Source: a bacterium
GTDB taxonomy: Bacteria > Patescibacteriota > UBA1384 > VFKW01
Direction: 5' to 3'
Assembly (NCBI GenBank): GCA_030647355.1
Contig: JAUSIS010000006.1
Location: forward strand, 253,465 to 317,464
DNA length: 64,000 bases
Shown here: in pieces, positions 37,836-47,716 of the stretch
Layout: the number at the start of each line of letters is the position of its first letter
Numbering within the stretch: the first letter of the stretch is position 1
Notes under the pieces: generated by a model
What the model was told of the DNA's origin: nothing
Databases searched by the model: none
What the model saw: the letters and a program-made list of their open reading frames with translations, nothing else
Position numbers and translations under genes: made by a program

Positions 37836-38624
37836 TTATTCCTCCTCTAAAACTTTCTGCAATGTCTCGCCATTCAGTCCCTTGCTGTCAACGAGTTCTT
37901 TGGTTGTAAGATAAAAAGACATTTCAGGCTCTCCCGAAAGTTTCTTGCGAATGTAATAGAACAAATGTCCTTTTGTCCTTGTGTTCGGGCAGATGAATAT
38001 AATTTCAGGGAATGGCTTGTCTGTGTTATCTTGCCAATCCCCGGAAGCATAATATTTAAAATATTGCGCTACCCGCCTGCGGTGCGCCGCCGGCGGAATA
38101 TCGTCTAAGATTTCTAGAAAGTAACGGATAATCTGTCCTTTCTTCTCCTCAATGGCGAAATGAGCATCGGGAGCAGGTGAAATAAAATGTTCCGTCCCGT
38201 GCAAATCGGTCTTGGTATAGAAATGGAGTGTTGATTTATTCTTTTCCGTTATGGCAAGTAAGGAAATATAGATATCGGCTAAAGATAAGCAATGTTCTCT
38301 AAACTTGGAAGAGTATTTCGCCTCTCTCCAGACCCGATCTAATAATGCCTGTTTAATATTGCCCTCCTTTAAACTCTTCAAATATTTTCTCCCCTTAGAA
38401 TCAAGCGAATAGACAGACGGAGACGATGCGATTGTTTTGTCGTAGTATTGTTTAGTGTAGTTTTGATTGGTTAGTTCGTTAAGCCAGGATAAGATGCGGG
38501 AGCGGTATTTGTGGTTGAGTAAGTTTTGTATGTGTAGGCGGTTTAGAAAGCGGAAGCGATAGAGAAGAATAAGAATGTCGGTTTGTCGTTTAGAAAGATT
38601 TTGTTGTGGTGATAATATTTTCAT
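37836..38624 (-). CDS. Replication-relaxation (Replic_Relax) family protein
   Basis: N-terminal wHTH LSKRQTDILILLYRFRFLNRLHIQNLL, typical of Replic_Relax proteins of conjugative elements. Confidence 0.55.
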   Translation of the reverse strand: MKILSPQQNLSKRQTDILILLYRFRFLNRLHIQNLLNHKYRSRILSWLNELTNQNYTKQYYDKTIASSPSVYSLDSKGRKYLKSLKEGNIKQALLDRVWREAKYSSKFREHCLSLADIYISLLAITEKNKSTLHFYTKTDLHGTEHFISPAPDAHFAIEEKKGQIIRYFLEILDDIPPAAHRRRVAQYFKYYASGDWQDNTDKPFPEIIFICPNTRTKGHLFYYIRKKLSGEPEMSFYLTTKELVDSKGLNGETLQKVLEEE

Positions 38625-38737
38625 AAGTTTAAAGCAATTAGTGCGTGTAGTATATATATAAAATATGTGGGTAGTGATTTTTTGTATTTTTAACCTTAAA
38701 TTCGGTCAAATTCCGTGTCCATAGGCGTACACAGAAT

Positions 38738-41368
38738 TTACCTGTAGGAATTCAAGCCGGCAGGGGCGGATTCGTTCGCTTTCTTTGGGCCGGTTTTGGC
38801 GGAGGGTTCGGATTGTACACCCGGCATTTCTTTTTTGACCGGCTTTACATATTCGACGGCGTAATTTTTTCTCGATGACTCAATTAAACTTTTCACTTTT
38901 GCCGGATTCTTTGGCGTTGTAATCGGTATTGTTTCTCCGGACAGGGGTTCCTGCGGTTCGACTGCTGCCATTTTCATATAGAATCGGTAGCGGGGCAGAT
39001 TGCCGATGTCGCCCTGTACCACCGCGGGGGCGAATTGGGACAGCATCAGATCTTCGTCAACCGGACTGGCCGTTCTAAAGCAAATGACCGTACCGGTATT
39101 GGCCAAAACAACATTGGTAACATTTTTGTTATCCTGCTGGGCTGTCGATTGTTCGGCAACGGTAATTCGGAGGCCGAACTTTCGTCCGCCGGATAAAAAC
39201 TTGGTGAACGATTTATTGGCAAAGTTTTGGAATTCATCGACGAATAGATAAAACGGCTGGCGCTTGGCGGTTTCCATTCTTGCTCTTCTGACGGCGGCTT
39301 GTTGGATTTTAGCCAGAACGGTCGCCCCCAGAAGCTGGGAAGTGTCTTCGCCCAGTTTGCCTTCCGCCAGATTGCAGATAAGGATTTTTCGGCTGTCCAA
39401 TATATCGTCAAAACTGATAGTGGATTTAGATTGCTCCAGTATCCGTCTGGCGGTAGCGGAGAAAAGAAATCGTCCTACCTTAGCGGTAATTCCGCCGATC
39501 ATTTTAACGTGCTGGTAATCGCCGGCTTTGCCGAACTCGTTTTTCCAGAAATTAATCAAATCCTCGTTTTTCAGATCCCTTATTGCCTGCCTTCGAACAT
39601 TTTGGTCGTTTAATAGATGATAGACGGTAAAGATCGTTCGATCGGGAACAACAAAAGCGGTGTGTATCGTGTTTCTAAGTATATACTCTATTCTATGAGC
39701 GTTCGCGTCTTCGTCCTTGAAAAAGACTCTTCTAAATATTGAGATGACGCTTTCACAGACCAGCTCTTTTTCCAACTCAAGATCGTCTTCTTCCAAGCTT
39801 TCGTCCAGTTCCAAAAGATTTATTCCGACAGGGAATTTAATATCGCGGGGGTTAAAATATATGAGATCATTTGTCCGCTCTTTCGGTACCGTATCAAGCA
39901 ATCCTTCCGCCAAGTCCCCATGCGGATCAATGACTGCCAGACCCCGCCCCTTTTTAATATCGTCGGATGCCATATGATAAATGATGGTTGATTTACCAGA
40001 ACCGGTTTGTCCGATTAGGTACAAATGGCGGGATCTGTCTTCATCAGTTAAGCCGATATCGGTTACAACATTTCCGTAAGTGCTTTTACCGAACACCACA
40101 TCAAGGTCTTGGTTATTCTTTAATACCAGCGGCGCAGGCAAATCTCGGCTCTTTACTCTTACAAGGTCTTCCGTATGGGTGTTGGCGGTATATGGGAAGT
40201 GATACAAAGCGCTGACTTCCGAAGTCGCCAGCACCAAAGGCGATCCGCTTAAACGCAGACGGAACATCAGCCACTTGAGCCGTTCAACTATTTTTACAGG
40301 ATTTCTCCATTTGGGAATAAGCGATTGCCCCGAAGAGTGCAGAAAGCTGGCAAATGATGAGCGCAAACCTCTTTCCCGCTCCAATATTTGATCCTCTGCC
40401 ATTACAAGGAGTGCCCGAACCGTTCCAGCAAATAGCGGTTGGTGTAGTTTGGATTTCATAAGATCGCCCATCTCTATATCCAATGTCGTAGCAGTTCTTT
40501 CAATACTTCCGCTATGAGGCAGAACATCGGCTTTCTGCCCGCTTGCAAATTCGGCCAGAAATAGAAGAGGCATCATAACAATTCGTACGGCCGATTCTAT
40601 CAGTCCGGCAATCAAGCGAAGCGTACTTTGCAGTTTAGTGTCGTTAATTCCTAAGGAGAATTTGTTTTGAGCGATAAGAGATTTAATTCTTGAGATTTCC
40701 TGCCTTTTGCCCATTTGGCGAAAGCCGTTTAGCGGCCTTAAAATTACCTGCAAAGCCATAAGCTCGCCTTTTTTTAACTGCGTCATGTTTCCGGTTAAGT
40801 AAGCCAGCGGGTCGTGCTTTTCCAGATGGGATTGCTCGTTTAGAGGCAGAGCAAAATGTTTGGCATGCTTGAATTCCAATATCCTCAAAACATTCGGCTT
40901 TGCGGGCAGGTAGTCGGCGATCTCTTTGACTTTAATACTCGGTATATATGAACGGAGATTCTTTTCGGCTACTTTGGCGATGTTTTCAGGGATACGCAGT
41001 ATATACCTAATCCCTGTTTCTTTAGCGGAAACTATTTCCAGAGAGCAAAACGGCTGTCTGAACAGCAACCTATCTAGCCAAGTGCGCTGGCTAATAAGAT
41101 TAGCGATTAAAGAGAACAATTGTGTTGTCGAAGCCGATGAGATTTCGGTCGTATGGGGAGGAGTGATTTCCAAAAAGACGAATTTGTCCTTTATGTCCCG
41201 ATAGGTTCGAACGATAGATAAAATAAGCGAAACAAAAAGCCAGAGGATTAAAAGAAAAAAGATATATACTGCTACGAGCTTAAGGTTGGAGTATGAAAAA
41301 GTGTGAACAAAAAAATTAGTAAGCGTATCTAAATCGATGGAGGATAATTTATTAGTTGCAGATTGCAT
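38738..41368 (-). CDS. Conjugative coupling-protein-like P-loop ATPase (TraD/VirD4/TraG superfamily) with N-terminal TM helices
   Basis: Two N-terminal TM segments. Walker A LIGQTGSGKST. Walker B FYLFVDEFQNF. Confidence 0.55.
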   Translation of the reverse strand: MQSATNKLSSIDLDTLTNFFVHTFSYSNLKLVAVYIFFLLILWLFVSLILSIVRTYRDIKDKFVFLEITPPHTTEISSASTTQLFSLIANLISQRTWLDRLLFRQPFCSLEIVSAKETGIRYILRIPENIAKVAEKNLRSYIPSIKVKEIADYLPAKPNVLRILEFKHAKHFALPLNEQSHLEKHDPLAYLTGNMTQLKKGELMALQVILRPLNGFRQMGKRQEISRIKSLIAQNKFSLGINDTKLQSTLRLIAGLIESAVRIVMMPLLFLAEFASGQKADVLPHSGSIERTATTLDIEMGDLMKSKLHQPLFAGTVRALLVMAEDQILERERGLRSSFASFLHSSGQSLIPKWRNPVKIVERLKWLMFRLRLSGSPLVLATSEVSALYHFPYTANTHTEDLVRVKSRDLPAPLVLKNNQDLDVVFGKSTYGNVVTDIGLTDEDRSRHLYLIGQTGSGKSTIIYHMASDDIKKGRGLAVIDPHGDLAEGLLDTVPKERTNDLIYFNPRDIKFPVGINLLELDESLEEDDLELEKELVCESVISIFRRVFFKDEDANAHRIEYILRNTIHTAFVVPDRTIFTVYHLLNDQNVRRQAIRDLKNEDLINFWKNEFGKAGDYQHVKMIGGITAKVGRFLFSATARRILEQSKSTISFDDILDSRKILICNLAEGKLGEDTSQLLGATVLAKIQQAAVRRARMETAKRQPFYLFVDEFQNFANKSFTKFLSGGRKFGLRITVAEQSTAQQDNKNVTNVVLANTGTVICFRTASPVDEDLMLSQFAPAVVQGDIGNLPRYRFYMKMAAVEPQEPLSGETIPITTPKNPAKVKSLIESSRKNYAVEYVKPVKKEMPGVQSEPSAKTGPKKANESAPAGLNSYR

Positions 41369-41792
41369 ATTATTCTCATAAATTCATTACCCTCCTTATA
41401 TGTTTGGTTTAACATAAGGTTGAGATTATGTAAAGAGAAAGGGCGATCGTGGCATATTGCCGTTGATCACCCTTCAGGATGAATCCATAGAACTGGAATG
41501 TTTTCCGACCCGCCATTAGCAGGCCGGATGAGTTGATGCTCTGGCTCTGTCGCCTGTTCTGAGCGTGATTCCCAAGCCAAACATGCTCAGAGTAGCCAAA
41601 CCGCTGACAACATAACCCAAAGTACCCGTCTGTGGCGCCTCTGGACCAGACAAGCTGGGACAGGTAGCTCCCACAATGATTATCACTGCCATAATGGTTC
41701 CGACCCAGACGCACATCGTATCCAGATCAAACGGCGTCCAAAAACTTAGAATGTACCGTATCACAGATACCACTCCTTTCTGGGCTGTCGCC

Positions 41793-42101
41793 CTATCTGG
41801 TTTCGCCAGGAAAAGTGCAGAGATAGCTGCTTTCAGTTGGGGATTCCATGATTACCTGGGTGCCCGGCTGAATTATGCATACCTCACCTGTGCTGTACAC
41901 AGTCCCATTGATCGTGATCCAGCCGTAGGTTACCTGGATATGTTCGAGACGCGAGATAATCCCAAAGTCATGTCTCGCCCCCAATTCCATGATGCCGGCC
42001 GACAGGGTTGCCATTGTCTTGCCCTTTGGAATATACCGGACGGCCTGTACTCCATCGCCGAATACCTTGTGTTCGATCAAACTCTTCAACACCTCCTTCA
42101 T
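41793..42101 (-). CDS. Hypothetical small protein (cupin-like?) in a GC-rich segment
   Basis: 102-aa ORF. A neighbouring 85-aa membrane ORF lies at 41516-41773. Confidence 0.25.
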   Translation of the reverse strand: MKEVLKSLIEHKVFGDGVQAVRYIPKGKTMATLSAGIMELGARHDFGIISRLEHIQVTYGWITINGTVYSTGEVCIIQPGTQVIMESPTESSYLCTFPGETR

Positions 42102-42336
42102 TGTCTTTGAATTCGAAAAACAGGCATCTAACCAGTAATTATATAATAAACGAGTGCAAAAGTCAACAGTTTGAAAACGTAATTAACTGGTTAAAGGCGA
42201 CCATCGAGTTACTTCCAAACCAAGTACCCTATTGACAAGCGATTTATGGCTGTGTTACGAATGGATTAACAGAATAATAAATAACCGAACACAAGAGATG
42301 TAAACTTTCTCTTTGTAAGGAGGGAGAAAGGCATGT

Positions 42337-42666
42337 ATGAATCGTCTTCGTTCCCTCCTTTGGTCTCTAATAATAGTCTTCTCATTGGTAAGTCCGGCCT
42401 TAGCCGCCGAATCGGCTGATGTAACCAGAGTCGAAAACTTTATAAAGAACATTATTCAGGTTCTCGTCACTCTGGCCGGCCTGATAGCAGCCGGCTTTTT
42501 CGTAATGGGCGGTATCGGCTACATCACCAGCTCCGGCAATCCGGAACATTTGGACAGATCGAAAAAGACGATTGTCTTCTCGGCGTTTGGGTTGGCAATC
42601 GCCATCGCCGCTTTAGTTCTATCAAATATAATTGCGGATATCGCGACTAAAGCATTCGGAAGTTAA
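42337..42666 (+). CDS. T4SS pilin-like protein (VirB2/TrbC-like)
   Basis: Signal peptide ...SPALA followed by two hydrophobic helices. Size and topology match conjugative pilins. Confidence 0.5.
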   Translation: MNRLRSLLWSLIIVFSLVSPALAAESADVTRVENFIKNIIQVLVTLAGLIAAGFFVMGGIGYITSSGNPEHLDRSKKTIVFSAFGLAIAIAALVLSNIIADIATKAFGS

Positions 42667-42671
42667 ATAAA

Positions 42672-43946
42672 ATGAAAAAACTCATTTCTGCAATTTTCAC
42701 TGCGGGAATAGTTTTCTTTGTGCCCATTCCCGCTTTCGCCGCAAGTAACAGCGAGGTTACCCATTTTGCCGATGAAACGCTGACCGGCTTTATTATTATC
42801 GCCTCAATCGCCACCGTATTCTTTCTTATTAGAGCCGGATACATATATATCACTTCGACTGGCAGTCCGGCGGCATTAGAGGAAGCCAAACATACGATCA
42901 AAAAAGCTTTGATCGGTCTTGTAATTGTTATAGCCGCAAGTGTCATTTCCTCAATTCTTTCCAATTCATTTTCTCAACCGGCTCCGGGAACGGATGCCAC
43001 CGCTATAAACTTAAGCCCGATACAACCGGCAGAAACGGACGGCTCACTGGCTCAACTGCTCTTAAATGCTATTTCCGGTTTCTTAAAGAATATCATCCAA
43101 TCGGCAACCAAACCGATTATAGATGGCATAATGAGTTTTCTGACCACTACGCCCACTTTAGCCACTAATTCGGTTGTCTTTAACTTCTGGCTGGTGATTC
43201 TGGGAATTGCCGATTCATTATTTGTCTTGGTGGTGGCTTTACTGGGTTTCCATGTTATGAGCGCTTCGTCGTTTGGTTTTGAGGAGCTATCCTTAAAAGA
43301 GCTTTTGCCACGCATCGGTTTGGCTTTTGTGGTTGCCAACTCTTCAATATTCATAATCGACTGGATGATAAAGCTTTGCCAAGTTCTGATTCATGCCGTT
43401 TTGGGAGCGACGGGAGGATTGGCGCAGGCCTGGATTATGAACGCCTTTGATCCGGCAGTACTTTTATCCGGCACGACAGCTCTTATCACCTTAATATTTA
43501 TGGTTGTCTTTATCGTCTTGGCGGTCGTTTTACTTCTTTTCTATATCAGCCGATTGGTAATTCTAGCTTTTGGCGCCGTTATGGCTCCGATTCTATGTCT
43601 TTTATGGCTCATTCCCAAAATGACCGGATTCGCCGAGTCCGCCGCTAAGGCCTACCTTGTCATGATATTTTCCCTATTCGTTCATGTCGTTATCATTCAA
43701 CTTGCTTCCGCTTTTCTGACCGTACCTGGACAAGTCGGCTCCAATCCGTTTATCTCAATACTGATCGGAATCGCTTTGTTTTCGATACTTCTAAAGAGCA
43801 GCTCGACCATGATTAATTTGGTCTTGTCATCGCAAACGAGCGGCGTATTTAGAAAATACGGAATGCAGATAATGAATGTGCTAAGTCCCGCTCCTGCCAG
43901 TAGCGGAGGAAAAGCGGCAGTAGCCAGAACTGCGAGGGCAAAATGA
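42672..43946 (+). CDS. Pilin-like N-terminus fused to a polytopic VirB6/TrbL-like membrane protein
   Basis: The N-terminal 100 aa repeat the pilin-like pattern of the previous gene. The remainder has 6 or more TM helices. Confidence 0.45.
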   Translation: MKKLISAIFTAGIVFFVPIPAFAASNSEVTHFADETLTGFIIIASIATVFFLIRAGYIYITSTGSPAALEEAKHTIKKALIGLVIVIAASVISSILSNSFSQPAPGTDATAINLSPIQPAETDGSLAQLLLNAISGFLKNIIQSATKPIIDGIMSFLTTTPTLATNSVVFNFWLVILGIADSLFVLVVALLGFHVMSASSFGFEELSLKELLPRIGLAFVVANSSIFIIDWMIKLCQVLIHAVLGATGGLAQAWIMNAFDPAVLLSGTTALITLIFMVVFIVLAVVLLLFYISRLVILAFGAVMAPILCLLWLIPKMTGFAESAAKAYLVMIFSLFVHVVIIQLASAFLTVPGQVGSNPFISILIGIALFSILLKSSSTMINLVLSSQTSGVFRKYGMQIMNVLSPAPASSGGKAAVARTARAK

Positions 43947-44452
43947 AAACAACAGTCGTACCGGCGCAAATTACAACCGTTGAAGACCGCATTGCCGGAA
44001 GCTTCACTTTCATTCAAATAGTTCTACTCATCATTCCCCTCATTTTAAGTACGGCTGTCTATGTGGCCGTACCGCCGCATTCGGGTTTGAGCTCGGTTAA
44101 AGTAATTGTAACCGTACTGCTCTTTTCCGCTTTCGGTGCTTTGGCAATCCGTATCAGGGGCAAGCTGGTGCTGGATTGGCTCGTAATTCTGCTAAGATTT
44201 TCATTCCGTCCGCATATTTATGTTTTTACCAAAAGCGATATTACCGGAAGAGAAGTTGAGAAAATCGAATCAATCAAAGCAACAAGAAAATCTCACTTGA
44301 AAATAAAAGTGGAACGCTCCGCTATAACGCCGCTATCGCTTGGCGAACAATCCAAAATAAACATTTTATTTGACAACCCGTCTTTAAGCTACCGATTTGA
44401 AATGGCAAAGAAAGGAGGCATTGATGTTTCGCTTACCTCGAAAAAAAACTAA
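43943..44452 (+). CDS. VirB3-like small membrane protein
   Basis: 169 aa with two TM helices, immediately preceding the VirB4 ATPase. Confidence 0.35.
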   Translation: MKTTVVPAQITTVEDRIAGSFTFIQIVLLIIPLILSTAVYVAVPPHSGLSSVKVIVTVLLFSAFGALAIRIRGKLVLDWLVILLRFSFRPHIYVFTKSDITGREVEKIESIKATRKSHLKIKVERSAITPLSLGEQSKINILFDNPSLSYRFEMAKKGGIDVSLTSKKN

Positions 44453-45044
44453 GGGTTCGGCCAGAAGCCAGATCGGCATTAAAGAAGTTAGAGATGATGT
44501 TTTAGTTCTATCCGACAATAGCTATCGTACGATTTTAACCACCTCTTCTTTGAATTTCGAACTGCAAAGCGAAGAAGAGCAGGACGCTTTAATAGATATT
44601 TTTCAATCGTTTCTTAACTCGCTCACTATTCCGATTCAAATTTTGATTCGCGTTCGAGAGCTGGACATCGAGCGCTACTTGGAAAATATCCAAACTTCGC
44701 GAGAAGACGAAGACCAGGAAGTATATAAAAAACAACTTGAGCATTACTGCACCTTTATCAGAAAGCTCATCTCGGGCAACAAGATATTATCCCGCCGCTT
44801 CTATTTGGTTATCCCTTATGACAGCAAAAGCTCGAAAAGCGATTTCTCGCTGGCCAAAGAACAGCTGATGCTCGAGCAGGAAATAATCATCAAGGGATTG
44901 GAAAAGATGGGCATGACGGCAAGACAATTAACCGGATTGGAGATACTCGACTTATTTTACAACTTCTATAATCTTGAACAGGCCAAAATTCAACCGCTTG
45001 TTCAAGCTATCGTGAGGCAAACGCATGAACAAAGTTTTATCTAA
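44424..45044 (+). CDS. VirB4/TrbE-family ATPase, N-terminal domain (separate ORF)
   Basis: RBS AAAGGAGG before ATG 44424. EVRDDVLVLSDNSYRTILTTSSLNFELQSEEEQDALIDIFQSFLNSLTIPIQILIR matches the CagE/TrbE/VirB4 N-terminal region. It is in a different frame from the downstream ATPase ORF. Confidence 0.55.
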   Translation: MFRLPRKKTKGSARSQIGIKEVRDDVLVLSDNSYRTILTTSSLNFELQSEEEQDALIDIFQSFLNSLTIPIQILIRVRELDIERYLENIQTSREDEDQEVYKKQLEHYCTFIRKLISGNKILSRRFYLVIPYDSKSSKSDFSLAKEQLMLEQEIIIKGLEKMGMTARQLTGLEILDLFYNFYNLEQAKIQPLVQAIVRQTHEQSFI

Positions 45045-46812
45045 AATTAAGCGAAATATCATCCGGCAAAAAGCAAAGCGCAAGGAGAAGCGGCAAGTTT
45101 TAAGTTTCCATGTCGGGCAGCAAGACCAGCTGGATTTTGTAACTTATTCGGGGCTGGAAGAAACCCCGAATTATCTTGTGATTGACGGACGTTACATTAG
45201 AACGCTTTTCATTTCCGGCTATCCCTACACCGCCTCCAGCGGCTGGCTTAACCACCTCATAAATTTTAATCACAATGTCGATATTTCATATCATATAGAG
45301 CCGGTTGAGGCGACTTATGCTTTGCCTAAATTGAATAGAAAAATCACCGAGCTTATGTCCACAAAAAGAGCGATGGAGCGGGACGGAAAGATTATCGGAG
45401 CGGAACTCTTAGATCCTCTGGAATCGGCGACCGAACTGCGGGATAAAATCCAGCGAGGACAGGAGAACCTATTCCAAGTTTCACTATATATTACCCTATC
45501 GGCAAAAAGCTTGGCCGAGCTCGATAGAGTAACCAAACTTTTGGAAACGGTATTGGCAACGAGGTTATTTTACACCAAATCGGCAATGTATCAGCAGTTG
45601 GAGGGTTTGCAGTCGGTACTACCCAGAGGAGATAACCAATTAGGGCAAAAGAGAAACCTTGACAGCTCATCGGCCGCTATGACTTTCCCTTTTATCTCCT
45701 CCGAATTCGTGCAGGAATCAGGCGTACTATACGGCATAAACCGCTCCAACAATTCCCTTGTTATTGTCGATAGGTTTTCACTGCCTAACGCCAATAGTAT
45801 CTTATTCGCTCAATCGGGAGCCGGAAAAAGCTATACAGCTAAAGTAGAAATTTTACGCCATTTAATGCAGGGGACGAAAGTCATCGTTATCGACCCCGAA
45901 CGGGAATACAGACGATTAGCCGATTCGGTCAAGGGGACATATATTAAACTATCGGTTCATTCCAAAGAGAAAATTAATCCCTTTGATTTATCCGTTAACG
46001 CTTTCAGTGAAACGGACGGGTTTGCCGACCATGTGCAATCGCTTACCGAAATCATCTCCCTTATGGCAGAAGGTTTATCGCCGGAAGAAAAATCGGTAGT
46101 CGACCAGGCAATTCTTAAAACCTACAAAAAATTCGGTTTATCGGTAAAAAAGCCGAGAAAAAGAGAACGCGATACTTATCCTTTGCTTTACGACTTTTAC
46201 ATAACGCTCAAAACTTTGAAGCAGACCAAGCTTTGCCAGCGCCTTGAGAAATATACCACCGGCTCTCTGGCCGAAGTATTTAATTCCCAAACAAACCTCT
46301 ACTTGGAAAATCGGCTGGTTGTTTTCGATACCAAAGACCTGCCTGAATCCTTGCGTCAGATTATGCATTTGGTTATCGCTCAATTCGTGCAAAACCAAGT
46401 CAAAAGCCATACCCAGAAACGATTGCTTGTAATAGACGAAGCATGGCTCTTGTTGGAGCATGAGGAAAGCGCAAGATTTGTGGCCGGATTAGTCAGACGT
46501 GCCAGAAAGTATTATCTTGGAGTAAGCATCATCTCTCAGCAGGCAAATGACTTTCTGCAAAACGCTTACGGTCGGGCTATCGCCTCTCAAAGCGCCTTAA
46601 GAATCCTTATGAGACAGGACACGACTACTATTAGGGGCGTAGCTCAAGAATTTAGGTTAAGCGAATATGAGCAGAAGTTTTTGCTAACTTGCGAACGAGG
46701 GGAAGCTCTGATTATCGCCGACCAGCACCATGTGGCCGTTAAAATAACCGCTTCCGAGAATGAACATCCTCTCATAACTACCGATCCGGCGGAAATCTTA
46801 AGAGGGAAATAA
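45025..46812 (+). CDS. VirB4/TrbE-family conjugative ATPase, C-terminal ATPase portion
   Basis: Walker A FAQSGAGKSYT. Walker B LLVIDEAWLLLE. Confidence 0.75.
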   Translation: MNKVLSKIKRNIIRQKAKRKEKRQVLSFHVGQQDQLDFVTYSGLEETPNYLVIDGRYIRTLFISGYPYTASSGWLNHLINFNHNVDISYHIEPVEATYALPKLNRKITELMSTKRAMERDGKIIGAELLDPLESATELRDKIQRGQENLFQVSLYITLSAKSLAELDRVTKLLETVLATRLFYTKSAMYQQLEGLQSVLPRGDNQLGQKRNLDSSSAAMTFPFISSEFVQESGVLYGINRSNNSLVIVDRFSLPNANSILFAQSGAGKSYTAKVEILRHLMQGTKVIVIDPEREYRRLADSVKGTYIKLSVHSKEKINPFDLSVNAFSETDGFADHVQSLTEIISLMAEGLSPEEKSVVDQAILKTYKKFGLSVKKPRKRERDTYPLLYDFYITLKTLKQTKLCQRLEKYTTGSLAEVFNSQTNLYLENRLVVFDTKDLPESLRQIMHLVIAQFVQNQVKSHTQKRLLVIDEAWLLLEHEESARFVAGLVRRARKYYLGVSIISQQANDFLQNAYGRAIASQSALRILMRQDTTTIRGVAQEFRLSEYEQKFLLTCERGEALIIADQHHVAVKITASENEHPLITTDPAEILRGK

Positions 46813-47426
46813 TGAATCCTGCTACTATCAGATATATTGCGCTTGCTTTCTCGATGAAGCAGGAGCTTAAGATTATATTCGGTACTCTAATCGTAATTAT
46901 TCTTCTGCCTATTTTTATGGTGGTTATGCTGACCCAAGCCGGAATAAATATCGTCTCCGGAGCACTCGTAAGCCGAGCAGAGCAAACGACCCAAGTGGAT
47001 ATTCACGATCCGTCTAACGGAGCAGTGATAGACCATGTAGAATCGACCGCTATTTGGCCGATAGGAGGAATCGTAACACTTGAATACGCTCAAACCTCTC
47101 CTTACCAGCTATTCCATACCGGAATTGATATAGCGGGGCCCGTAGGCGATCCTGTCGGTGCTTTTATGGCGGGCAAGGTTATTTATGCCGGAGAAACATC
47201 TTGGGGCTTCGGCAAGCATGTTGAGATAGATCATGGCCATCATTTTACTTCAATCTATGCTCATCTTGATTCAATAGCAGTCGAAAAAGGCCAAGAGGTA
47301 GAAGTCGGTTCTATTGTTGGCACCAGAGGCGATACCGGCTGGTCTACCGGCCCTCATTTACACTTTCAAATTAACGTCTTTGGCATACCGGTCGAACCTC
47401 GAATCTTTTTAACCGGCAACCCTTAA
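46812..47426 (+). CDS. M23-family metallopeptidase (cell-wall hydrolase of the transfer apparatus)
   Basis: HTGIDIAG...HVEIDHG...GWSTGPHLHFQI M23 motifs. N-terminal TM helix. Confidence 0.8.
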   Translation: MNPATIRYIALAFSMKQELKIIFGTLIVIILLPIFMVVMLTQAGINIVSGALVSRAEQTTQVDIHDPSNGAVIDHVESTAIWPIGGIVTLEYAQTSPYQLFHTGIDIAGPVGDPVGAFMAGKVIYAGETSWGFGKHVEIDHGHHFTSIYAHLDSIAVEKGQEVEVGSIVGTRGDTGWSTGPHLHFQINVFGIPVEPRIFLTGNP

Positions 47427-47518
47427 ATCTGAACCTTATATTTCTGTGGATAAACACCCTCTTGACACTATCACTAGAGAGATATACACTATTACTATAG
47501 TGATAATAAGGAGGGCAC

Positions 47519-47707
47519 ATGGAACTAATTCCCCAACCGAATAATCTGAACAAAGAGCAGGGTGGCAACGAGGTGATCTCTATTAATGAATGCAAACAAT
47601 ACCTAAGCGTATTTGATCTAAGCGATCAAAAGATTTTTGAAATTAGAAACACTTTGATAGGAATCGCTGGTAAATCAATCGACTCCTATCTGGATAATTT
47701 TATTTAA
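47519..47707 (+). CDS. Hypothetical small protein upstream of the recombinase
   Basis: 62-aa ORF with RBS AAGGAGG. An inverted repeat lies just upstream at 47462-47505. Confidence 0.25.
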   Translation: MELIPQPNNLNKEQGGNEVISINECKQYLSVFDLSDQKIFEIRNTLIGIAGKSIDSYLDNFI

Positions 47708-47716
47708 GTAGAAATT

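Noticed and set aside
39000-40215. Several 75-120-aa ORFs on both strands inside the coupling-ATPase gene
   Set aside because: They are products of the GC-rich composition of this gene, nested in a long ORF with clear Walker motifs, and have no independent signals.
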